A stretch of 64,000 nucleotides of DNA, taken from the NCBI GenBank assembly GCA_965249365.1, contig OZ252229.1, positions 2,117,893 to 2,181,892 of the forward strand. Direction: 5' to 3'. Source of the DNA: Dehalococcoidia bacterium. Lineage in GTDB: Bacteria; Chloroflexota; Dehalococcoidia; Lucifugimonadales; UBA1123. Both the position numbers and the translations under genes were made by a program. A model generated the notes under the pieces. The model did no database searches, was not told where the DNA came from, and saw only the letters and a program-made list of their open reading frames with translations. Of the stretch, positions 57,119 to 64,000 are shown in pieces (position 1 is the first letter of the stretch; each line of letters begins with the position of its first letter).

Positions 57119-58042
57119 TCACTGACGCGGCGGCTGAGGGGGAGAAGGATTCGGCAGCGCGCGTGTGATGTTCGCAGGCACCATCTCCTTGAGCTCGTCG
57201 AGGTTCCACTGACCGTTCTTGAAGATCGTCCGGACCCTTCTCGGGAGCGATAGCAGCGTAATGTTACCGCCGTAAACGAGGAACGTCTGCCCGTTGACGT
57301 TGGACGCGAAGTCGCTCGCGAGGTACGCGATGAAGGGTGCGATGTCGTCCGGATCCATCGGTCCCTGCTGTGAAGGTGAGGTATCGGTCTCAGAACGCGT
57401 TGACCGCATCTGCCTCGCGACATCCGGCACGGTTGCGGTCATTCTCGATGAGGCCCTTGGGCAGATCGAGTTGGCTGTGACGCCGTATCTGCCCATGTCC
57501 CGGGCCACAACCTTGGTGAATCCGGCTATCCCGGACTTCGCGGCGGCGTAGTTGCCCTGGCCGGTGTTGCCGAACAGGCCGGACTCTGAGGCGAACGTGA
57601 TGATCCGTCCCGATCGCTGCTGCCGGAACAGGATCGCTGCGTACTTGCAGACGGTGAACGTACCCTTGAGGTGGACGTCGATCACGTCGTCCCACTCGTC
57701 CTCGGTCATGTTGAATATCATCCGGTCGCGCAGGATTCCCGCGACGGTGACCACGATGTCGAGCTTGCCGAAACTGTCCAGCGCCGATTGTACGATGGCC
57801 TCGCCACCTTCCATTGTCGCGACCGAGTTGTGGTTGGCTACGGCGTCGCCGCCGGCAGCCTTGATCTCGTCAACCACCTCGTCGGCTGGGCTGCTCGAAG
57901 CGCCGGTGCCGTCGACGTTCCCGCCGAGGTCGTTCACTACGACCTTGGCGCCCTCTGCCGCAAGCTGCAACGCAATTCCGCGGCCGATCCCTCGGCCCGA
58001 GCCGGTCACGATCGCGACCTTTCCTGTTAGCGTATCCGCCAT
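57119..58042 (-). CDS. SDR oxidoreductase, paralog of 56061-56990 (MFE-2 dehydrogenase-like)
   Basis: 307 aa, colinear with and highly similar to the neighbouring gene by eye (same motif set). Confidence 0.75.
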   Translation of the reverse strand: MADTLTGKVAIVTGSGRGIGRGIALQLAAEGAKVVVNDLGGNVDGTGASSSPADEVVDEIKAAGGDAVANHNSVATMEGGEAIVQSALDSFGKLDIVVTVAGILRDRMIFNMTEDEWDDVIDVHLKGTFTVCKYAAILFRQQRSGRIITFASESGLFGNTGQGNYAAAKSGIAGFTKVVARDMGRYGVTANSICPRASSRMTATVPDVARQMRSTRSETDTSPSQQGPMDPDDIAPFIAYLASDFASNVNGQTFLVYGGNITLLSLPRRVRTIFKNGQWNLDELKEMVPANITRALPNPSPPQPPRQ

Positions 58043-58319
58043 TGATCTCTCCCAGTTTCAAAGCATACGCAGCCGCTTTCGGCTGCGTTTTGTGTTGAGT
58101 GAACGAACGCGGTGACTCCCCGATTCGAAGCGCCCACAGTGTACAAGAAACCGCCAATCCGTCACAACAGCCGCGAGCTGTCCGGACTGGTAGGAATGCC
58201 ATCGTTTGTCACGAGTCCCTATTCCAGCCCATCGGGCGAGAGGAGTGAGGGGGGTCGCCCTCCGGGGCGCGAGGAAAGAGGAGAGAGGAAAGAGGAACGA
58301 GGAACGAGGAACGAGGAAA

Positions 58320-58912
58320 GAGAGGGGTTGGTTGGGGATGAGGTTGATTCCGTGTGACTGTTAGTGGGTCGCCGCGGGCGGGGCGATGGAGGCACTGGGA
58401 GCGCGGGCGGCCTGAGGAACGAGGAAAGAGGAACGAGGAAAGAGAGGGGTTGGTTGGGGATGAGGTTGATTCCGTGTGACTGTTAGTGGGTCGCCGCGGG
58501 CGGGGCGATGGGGGCACTGGGAGCGCGGGCGGCCTGAGGAACGAGGAAAGAGGAACGAGGCGAGAGGGGTTGGTTGGGGATGAGGTTGGTTTCGTGTGGC
58601 TGTTAGTGGGTCGCCGCGGGCGGGGCGATGGGGGCACTGGGAGCGCGGGCGGCCTGAGGAACGAGGGAGGAAGAGGAACGAGGAAAGAGAGGGGTTGGTT
58701 GGGGATGAGGTTGATTCCGTGTGACTGTTAGTGGGTCGCCGCGGGCGGGGCGATGGAGGCACTGGGAGCGCGGGCGGCCTGAGGAACGAGGAAAGAGGAA
58801 CGAGGAAAGAGAGGGGTTGGTTGGGGATGAGGTTGATTCCGTGTGACTGTTAGTGGGTCGCCGCGGGTGGGGCGATGGAGGCACTGGGAGCGCGGGCATC
58901 TTGCCCGCTTGG
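58320..58912 (+). repeat. Noncoding tandem array, 5 copies of a unit of about 122 nt, preceded by a purine-rich lead-in from about 58271
   Basis: Units start with gagaggggttggttgggg at 58320, 58442, 58562, 58687 and 58809 (periods 122, 120, 125, 122). Each unit contains gtgggtcgccgcgggcggggcgatgg, ggcactgggagcgcgggc and a gaggaacgaggaaagagg tract. The last copy ends in the full hairpin gcgggcatcttgcccgc. Confidence 0.9.
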
Positions 58913-59055
58913 GGGTGGGGCGGTGAGGAGTGAGGGTCTGGCGTGGGCGTGTTTGAATTGTGAATTGTGAATAGTGAGGGTGGTCCGCGGGCGGAGTCCC
59001 TTTGGCGTTTTTTTGGGTTGGCGATCTTGGGTTGGGGCGCGGCAGTACGCGGCGG

Positions 59056-60189
59056 TCAGTAGTAGTCTTCGGGGTAGTACTTGTGGAGGTCGCACTGCGG
59101 ATGTCCGCAGTTCCGGTAGAGGAAGTAGGGTTCGGGTCCGAAGATGATCGGCTGCAGCTCGTGCTCTTCACGTGAGGGAGGGCCGGGGTCTTCGGGTTCG
59201 GCCTGTTCCTCAGCCTCTTTAGCGGCCCTGGCCTCTTCGGCCTTGCGTTTTTCTTCATCCTCCTTGGCGCGCTTCTTCCGCTCCTCGCGTACCTGTTTGC
59301 GTCGGGCCTCCTTGAGGGGCAGCTCTCTTTTGATCCTGGCGGTGATCTCCTCCACGTAGGGTTCGATGTCCTTTGGGTCGTAGTGGATGTCCTCCCACAT
59401 GGAGTAGTCGGGTTTGTGGACGGGCTCTTCAGGGTCGGGGAGCTCTCCTGCGGCTCGTCTGGCCTCTTTCTTGAGGCGGTCGCGCTCGAAGATGGGCGCA
59501 AGTACCTCTTCGAGTCGGGCCCATCCGCCGTCGTCGGGATCTGAATGTTGGTCGGCAGATTCGGTTTGAGGACCGGAGTCGGTCGGCGCGCCAACAGGGT
59601 CGGCGGTGTCGATGGTGGCGACCGATCCGGGAGCCGGGGCTGCCGAGTTGGCCGTGACGCCCAGCGCAGGGACGGGGGCCACGGGAGCGGCGGTGTTTTT
59701 GACTCGGACGGGTGTGGGTCTTGTGACCGGGGCCTTGGGACGCTTGGGAGAGGTCCGGGTGCTTGTGTAGCCGATGACGATGCCTTCGAGTCGGACCATG
59801 AGCTCTGCTGCAGCCCTGATGCGGTGACCTTGGTTGAAGGACCTTAGGTCGCCGTCGATGAGGTTCAGGAGGAATCGGGAGACGTATCGGCCGTCGCCGG
59901 TGTCCTCCTTGATGGCCTTTGAAAGGGCCTTGTCGAACCTGGTGTCACGTGAGCGGGTGGCCGGGTCGTCGTCAGGGGACGCGGGTTGGGAGTACTCTCG
60001 GATGTAGGCCCTGGCCTCCTCGTGACCGAACCTGGTGAGGAGTTCTGCGGCCCGTATACGGTGGCCCTCTTTGAATCCTCCTAGGTCGCCTTTCATGACG
60101 TTCTGAAGGAAGCAGACGACGGTCTCGCCGTCTTTGGTCTGTTCTTTGATTATTTGTGATAGGGACATGATGGTATGCTCTATAGGCAA
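59056..60189 (-). CDS. Hypothetical protein with duplicated N-terminal module, Pro-rich linker and highly charged C-terminal region
   Basis: 377-aa ORF. An internal duplication is visible: KEQTKDGETVVCFLQNVMKGDLGGFKEGHRIRAAELL versus KEDTGDGRYVSRFLLNLIDGDLRSFNQGHRIRAAAELM. It also has a K/E/R-rich coiled-coil-like stretch and the C-terminal NCGHPQCDLH. I recognise no family. Confidence 0.6.
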   Translation of the reverse strand: MPIEHTIMSLSQIIKEQTKDGETVVCFLQNVMKGDLGGFKEGHRIRAAELLTRFGHEEARAYIREYSQPASPDDDPATRSRDTRFDKALSKAIKEDTGDGRYVSRFLLNLIDGDLRSFNQGHRIRAAAELMVRLEGIVIGYTSTRTSPKRPKAPVTRPTPVRVKNTAAPVAPVPALGVTANSAAPAPGSVATIDTADPVGAPTDSGPQTESADQHSDPDDGGWARLEEVLAPIFERDRLKKEARRAAGELPDPEEPVHKPDYSMWEDIHYDPKDIEPYVEEITARIKRELPLKEARRKQVREERKKRAKEDEEKRKAEEARAAKEAEEQAEPEDPGPPSREEHELQPIIFGPEPYFLYRNCGHPQCDLHKYYPEDYY

Positions 60190-60276
60190 CTGGTTATAAT
60201 CTGATTATGCACGTACGGATGTTCTGGTGTCAAGGGTGGGTGAGGAGAGAGAAACGAGGAACGAGAAAAGAGGAAA

Positions 60277-60500
60277 GAGAGGGGTTGGTTGCGCGTGGGG
60301 GAGTCTGAGGGGATGGGGGCACTGGGAGTGCGGGCACTTGTGCGCCGTGGCGTATCCTGCCCGCATGGGGGTGGGGGTTTGTCGAGGAAAGAGGAACGAG
60401 GAACGAGAGGGGTTGGTTGGGGTCTGGGGATGGTTTCGTGTGGCTATTTGTGGGTCGCCGTGGGTGTGCGGATGGGGGCACGGGGAGGGCGATGCGTGGG
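60277..60500 (+). repeat. Two degenerate copies of the 58320-58912 repeat unit (same orientation)
   Basis: gagaggggttggttg occurs at 60277 and 60404. The modules ggggcactgggagtgcgggc, gtatcctgcccgcatggggg, gaggaaagaggaacgaggaacgag and tgtgggtcgccgtgggtg were read directly. Confidence 0.7.
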
Positions 60501-60527
60501 GCCTGTCTCTTGGTCACCAAGGTCGAC

Positions 60528-61037
60528 TTATGAGACAGGCTCGGAAGGGCTCCCCTCAACAAATTCGATCGCACGGATCCCCAACACCTTGACATCCTCT
60601 GGTGGGGCAACCGGAACGCCAACGCCCCCGAGGAGAGGACGGGAAGACGCCAGCGCCTCTCGTGACACCCACTTCCAGCCCTCCGAAAGCCCCGAAGACC
60701 CGCTGGTTGGCCTGCAGAAGTAGATCATGTCGATGTGCTTGTGGAACCCATCGACAGGATCGTGGATGTCCTCGATCATGATCGTGAACGGGGGTGTGAC
60801 CTGCTCAGGGTAAGAAAGTCCCAAGTCCGCCCCAGTAGCTACGACCTCTACCTCCAGACCGGTCTCTTCAAGTGCCTCCCGCGTGACCGCCTGAACGGGG
60901 TCCTCGTTAGGCTCGATGTGCCCTCCGGCCGGAAGCCAGGCCTGTATCTTGTCGTGCCAGTGCAGCGAGACACACCCATTCCAGACAACGAACGCGGTCG
61001 CGGTGAAGTGCCTGGACAACTCCGGCTCGTCGGTCAA
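60528..61037 (-). CDS. NUDIX hydrolase
   Basis: 169 aa with the Nudix box GGHIEPNEDPVQAVTREALEETGL. The TTG start lies immediately after the stop of the upstream gene. Confidence 0.85.
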   Translation of the reverse strand: MTDEPELSRHFTATAFVVWNGCVSLHWHDKIQAWLPAGGHIEPNEDPVQAVTREALEETGLEVEVVATGADLGLSYPEQVTPPFTIMIEDIHDPVDGFHKHIDMIYFCRPTSGSSGLSEGWKWVSREALASSRPLLGGVGVPVAPPEDVKVLGIRAIEFVEGSPSEPVS

Positions 61038-62846
61038 TCAGCCCTCGGTATCTTCGGGCTCAACCGCTTCGACTGCACTCGGCTCCGACTCATCGCGTGC
61101 CTGAGCCGCGCTCTCTTGGCGTTTGCGCCGCTCGCGCCGGTCCATGACGATGGCGAAGACCGTGATACCGCCCCAAACGGGGCTGAATATCGCGACCCAG
61201 ATCAATACTCTGAAGGCCCACTGGCCGACCCACGTCAGCGATCTCACAGCGGACTTGAATGTATTGTCCAGCTCGAACCCGGCAACCACGAACCCGGGTA
61301 CCTCCCGAACGAGTACTCCTATCCGCCGAAACTCCGCGACCTCGCCGACCTCGGAGTCGGCGGTGACAGTCATGGTCGTCATGTAAGGGTCTCTCCGGTA
61401 GTTCTCGTATACGTGATTCGCCCTGGCGGTCGTGACCCCCGTCGACACTACTTGCTCTTCCACCGGGGACCCGTCGCCAAAGTCCCAGATCACTCGAACG
61501 TCGGTCAGGCCCTCCGGCCTCGTGAATGAGCCAGAGAACTCGACGACCTCACGTTCCTCTGTAATTCGGCGTTCATCGGTAAACACCTCTATCACAGGCA
61601 CCTCGGAGACGGTGACGATTAGCGTGTCCAGTCCTTCGGCAATCCCAGCGTCGCCCGTGCCGGTAATCTTGACCTGCACGATGAACGGAGAGTCCTTTGG
61701 GTCGTCGTAGGAGTGAGCGATGGTCGCTGTGACCCGCTCGCTTTCGTTCAAAGTCGGCGCGGTTCGAAACACCTCTTCGATCCCGGAGCCGTCCCCAAAG
61801 TCCCACTCGATACTGAAGTCTTCTATATCCTCCGGAGGCGTGAACGTCGCCCTGAACCGGAGCCGGCTGTGTGCCGCGGCCAGCCTGTCTTCACCAGCGT
61901 CGACGGTCATCGGAGCAGGCGCAAGCGACAACCTGACCGAGACGAGGGAGAAGGCCGCAGTCTCTTCGAGGAACTTGATACGCCCGCTCAGCCTCTCGAT
62001 GTTCTCCTGGACGGACGTGAGCTCCCGCTGCACCTCCAGCGCGTGCTCAACGGACTCGGCCCTGTTCAGCAGCCCGATCAGGGCCTCCTCGGCGGCGAAC
62101 TGGTTCTTCAGCCGCGAGTTCAGGTCAACATACTCGTCAGTAACGTCCTGGCTCGTCGAACGCTCGCTCTTCACCTCGATCCCCATGTCGCGGAGCTGTA
62201 GGACGATGTCGTCCAGGTCCTCCGCAGGGACCCTGATACTGATGAATCCCCTGTGTTTCCGGCTACGGTCAGTTTCGACAACCCATCCGCCGGCGTCGTC
62301 GGCAATGCCTGAGATCTCGTCGATCGCGCCCTGGATGTCGCTGACGACCAGCTCGACGTCTACGGTTCGCACGATGATCCGGTTCTGGCTAACCCGCCGC
62401 GCGACCGGCGAGTCGCTTCCGGTGCCGCCAGGAGACGCAGAAGGTGAGGGCACGGGAGTATCTGTACGCGTGGGGACCGGAGTCGGTGCCGGTGCAGGCG
62501 CGGCCGGCGCCGGCGCGGCGGCTGGTAGCCCCGGAAGCCCAGGACGTCCGGATCGCTCACTGACGACCTTCTCGAGAGCCACCTCTCTGACGACCTCAAC
62601 CTCCCTAACAACCTCCCTCTGAAAAGGGCTGAGCAGCCTGTCAAGAGGACTTAATGCTGACCCAGACAGGGCCATGACTTCCATAGTTTCGGCACCCGGG
62701 GGGGCTGGAGCGCGGTCTTCAGCAGCAAAATTGTCGCCGAGTAGCTGCCAGGCGGCATCCGCGCTTTCCGCGTCTGAGCCGCCGCACGCCGCCATCACTC
62801 CGATTAACAGTATCGAAACGACAACAGATAGTAGTTTTCGGTTCAT
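61038..62846 (-). CDS. DUF4349-type lipoprotein with two inserted PKD-like domains and C-terminal TM segment (copy 1)
   Basis: The ATG at 62846 has an AAGGAG Shine-Dalgarno and a signal peptide with Cys (VMAAC). The DUF4349-like core runs IIVRTVDVELVV...VTDEYVDLNSRLKN...ELTSVQENIERLSGRIKFLEE. There are two WDFGDGS PKD motifs and a C-terminal hydrophobic WVAIFSPVWGGITVFAIVM. The track ORF start at 62999 is an artefact of the duplicated NUDIX fragment. Confidence 0.8.
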   Translation of the reverse strand: MNRKLLSVVVSILLIGVMAACGGSDAESADAAWQLLGDNFAAEDRAPAPPGAETMEVMALSGSALSPLDRLLSPFQREVVREVEVVREVALEKVVSERSGRPGLPGLPAAAPAPAAPAPAPTPVPTRTDTPVPSPSASPGGTGSDSPVARRVSQNRIIVRTVDVELVVSDIQGAIDEISGIADDAGGWVVETDRSRKHRGFISIRVPAEDLDDIVLQLRDMGIEVKSERSTSQDVTDEYVDLNSRLKNQFAAEEALIGLLNRAESVEHALEVQRELTSVQENIERLSGRIKFLEETAAFSLVSVRLSLAPAPMTVDAGEDRLAAAHSRLRFRATFTPPEDIEDFSIEWDFGDGSGIEEVFRTAPTLNESERVTATIAHSYDDPKDSPFIVQVKITGTGDAGIAEGLDTLIVTVSEVPVIEVFTDERRITEEREVVEFSGSFTRPEGLTDVRVIWDFGDGSPVEEQVVSTGVTTARANHVYENYRRDPYMTTMTVTADSEVGEVAEFRRIGVLVREVPGFVVAGFELDNTFKSAVRSLTWVGQWAFRVLIWVAIFSPVWGGITVFAIVMDRRERRKRQESAAQARDESEPSAVEAVEPEDTEG

Positions 62847-62955
62847 CTGACTCCTTTGCTTTGACGCGACGTCGCGCGGGTCAGTGAGTCGAGACTCACT
62901 AGCAGTATAGACGAACGATTCGACCCAAAAGTTCCCGTAGTGCGGCGGGAGTGGT

Positions 62956-64000
62956 GCGGTCGCGGTGAAGTGCCTGGACAACTCCGGCTCGTCGGTCAAT
63001 CAGCCCTCGGTCTCTCCGGGCTCAACCGCTTCGACTGCACTCGGCTCCGACTCATCGCGTGCCTGAGCCGCGCTCTCGTCGCGTTTGCGCCGCTCGCGCC
63101 GGTCCATGACGATGGCGAAGACCGTGATACCGCCCCAAACGGGGCTGAATATCGCGACCCAGATCAATAGTCTGAACGCCCACTGGCCGACCCACGTCAG
63201 CGATCTCACAGCGGACTTGAACGTATTGTCCAGCTCGAACCCGGCAACCACGAACCCGGGTACCTCCCGAACGAGTACTCCTATCCGCCGAAACTCTGCT
63301 ACCTCGCCGACCTCGGAGTCGGCGGTGACAGTCATGGTCGTCATATAAGGGTCTCTCCGGTAGTTCTCGTATACGTGATTCGCCCTGGCGGTCGTGACCC
63401 CTGTCGACACTACTTGCTCTTCCACCGGGGACCCGTCGCCAAAGTCCCAGATCACTCGAACGTCGGTCAGGCCCTCTGGCCTCGTGAATGAGCCAGAGAA
63501 CTCGACGACCTCACCTTCCTCTGTAATTCGGCGTTCATCCGTAAACACCTCTATAACAGGCACCTCGGAGACCGTGACGATTAGCGTGTCCTGTCCTTCG
63601 GCAATCCCAGCGTCGCCCGTGCCGGTAATCTTGACCTGCACTATGAACGGAGAGTCCTTTGGGTCGTCGTAGGAGTGGGAGATCGTCGCCGTGACCCGCT
63701 CGCTTTCGTTCATGGTCGGCGCGGTTCGAAACACCTCTTCGATCCCGGAACCGTCGCCAAAGTCCCACTCGATACTGAAGTCCTCTATATCCTCTGGAGG
63801 CGTGAACGTCGCCCTGAACCGGAGCCGACTGTGTGCCGCGGCCAGCCTGTCTTCACCAGCGTCGACGGTCATCGGAGCAGGCGCAAGCGACAACCTGACC
63901 GAGACGAGGGAGAAGGCCGCAGTCTCTTCGAGGAACTTGATACGCCCGCTCAGCCTCTCGATGTTCTCCTGGACGGACGTGAGCTCCCGCTGCACCTCCA
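62956..64000. repeat. Second copy of a 1962-bp tandem direct duplication (first copy 60994-62955); runs off the window
   Basis: The position offset is exactly 1962 nt (for example, the stop/start junction is at 61035-61040 versus 62997-63002). Near-identity is visible throughout 61038-62038 versus 63000-64000, with scattered substitutions. Confidence 0.9.
63000..64000 (-). CDS. DUF4349-type lipoprotein with PKD-like domains (copy 2; 5' end outside window)
   Basis: The 331-aa visible C-terminal part is nearly identical to copy 1. The few substitutions include TIAHSY/TISHSY, GLDTL/GQDTL and EPEDTEG/EPGETEG. Confidence 0.85.
   Translation of the reverse strand, partial: EVQRELTSVQENIERLSGRIKFLEETAAFSLVSVRLSLAPAPMTVDAGEDRLAAAHSRLRFRATFTPPEDIEDFSIEWDFGDGSGIEEVFRTAPTMNESERVTATISHSYDDPKDSPFIVQVKITGTGDAGIAEGQDTLIVTVSEVPVIEVFTDERRITEEGEVVEFSGSFTRPEGLTDVRVIWDFGDGSPVEEQVVSTGVTTARANHVYENYRRDPYMTTMTVTADSEVGEVAEFRRIGVLVREVPGFVVAGFELDNTFKSAVRSLTWVGQWAFRLLIWVAIFSPVWGGITVFAIVMDRRERRKRDESAAQARDESEPSAVEAVEPGETEG

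Noticed and set aside
58271-58912. Possible CRISPR array
   Set aside because: The whole unit of about 122 nt is repeated, with no unique spacers between short repeats. No cas genes are in the window.
58921-59055. Rho-independent terminator at ccgcgggcgg followed by a T-run (ggcgttttttt)
   Set aside because: The stem would have only a 2-nt loop. The T-run is on the plus strand, whereas the adjacent gene is on the minus strand. This is not convincing.
58209-59594. Long minus-strand ORFs (142, 133, 98 and 288 aa) and the plus-strand ORF 58486-58731 running through the tandem array
   Set aside because: Their peptides are periodic translations of the repeat in shifting frames, because the unit length is not a multiple of 3. 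They are Pro/Arg/Ser-rich with no start context. I treat them as spurious.
62847-62999. N-terminal extension of the DUF4349 gene to 653 aa (start MTDEPELSRHFTAT)
   Set aside because: The first 14 codons are the duplicated NUDIX 5' fragment. The real start is the Shine-Dalgarno-preceded ATG at 62846, followed by a lipoprotein signal peptide.
60994-64000. Diversity-generating retroelement (template/variable repeat pair)
   Set aside because: The two copies are whole-gene tandem duplicates. The substitutions are not confined to a short variable region and show no obvious adenine-specific pattern. No reverse transcriptase gene is visible.

Overview
High-GC, densely coding bacterial chromosomal window, about 60 protein genes on both strands. 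I found no rRNA, tRNA, CRISPR array, transposase or integrase. Gene content and the style of the intergenic repeats suggest a Chloroflexota-like heterotroph, but that taxonomy is a guess.

Housekeeping blocks:
- rpmH-rnpA-yidD-(PQQ beta-propeller)-yidC-jag
- serS
- hotdog pair-plsX-fabG-fabL
- def, cca, secD-secF, nfo
- IscA-type and YgfZ-type Fe-S proteins

Metabolic content:
- One complete family-5 peptide/nickel-type ABC operon (47141-53708).
- A second ATPase pair with a convergent binding protein, and a permease fragment at the left edge.
- Many SDR, MDR, crotonase, acyl-CoA ligase, aldo-keto reductase and Ldh_2 oxidoreductase genes.

Most unusual locus: a translationally coupled minus-strand operon (11456 down to 3843). 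It encodes a transglutaminase-like Cys-His-Asp protein, a carboxynorspermidine-decarboxylase-like PLP enzyme, a DUF3326-like protein, a divergent full-length SecA paralog with a roughly 190-aa N-terminal extension, and a lipoprotein with a long N/Q/S/R/G/Y-rich disordered tail. It lies convergent to a DUF4178-DUF350 pair. I propose it as a candidate uncharacterised export/modification system. The function is inference only.

Other notable structure:
- A five-copy tandem array of a noncoding unit of about 122 bp (58320-58912). Two degenerate copies lie on the other side of a 377-aa internally duplicated orphan gene.
- A 1962-bp tandem duplication of a DUF4349-PKD lipoprotein gene, which drags along a 44-nt fragment of the neighbouring NUDIX gene.
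- An out-of-frame yidC/jag overlap of at least 89 nt.
- Several dispersed REP-like hairpin repeat families that generate spurious ORFs.
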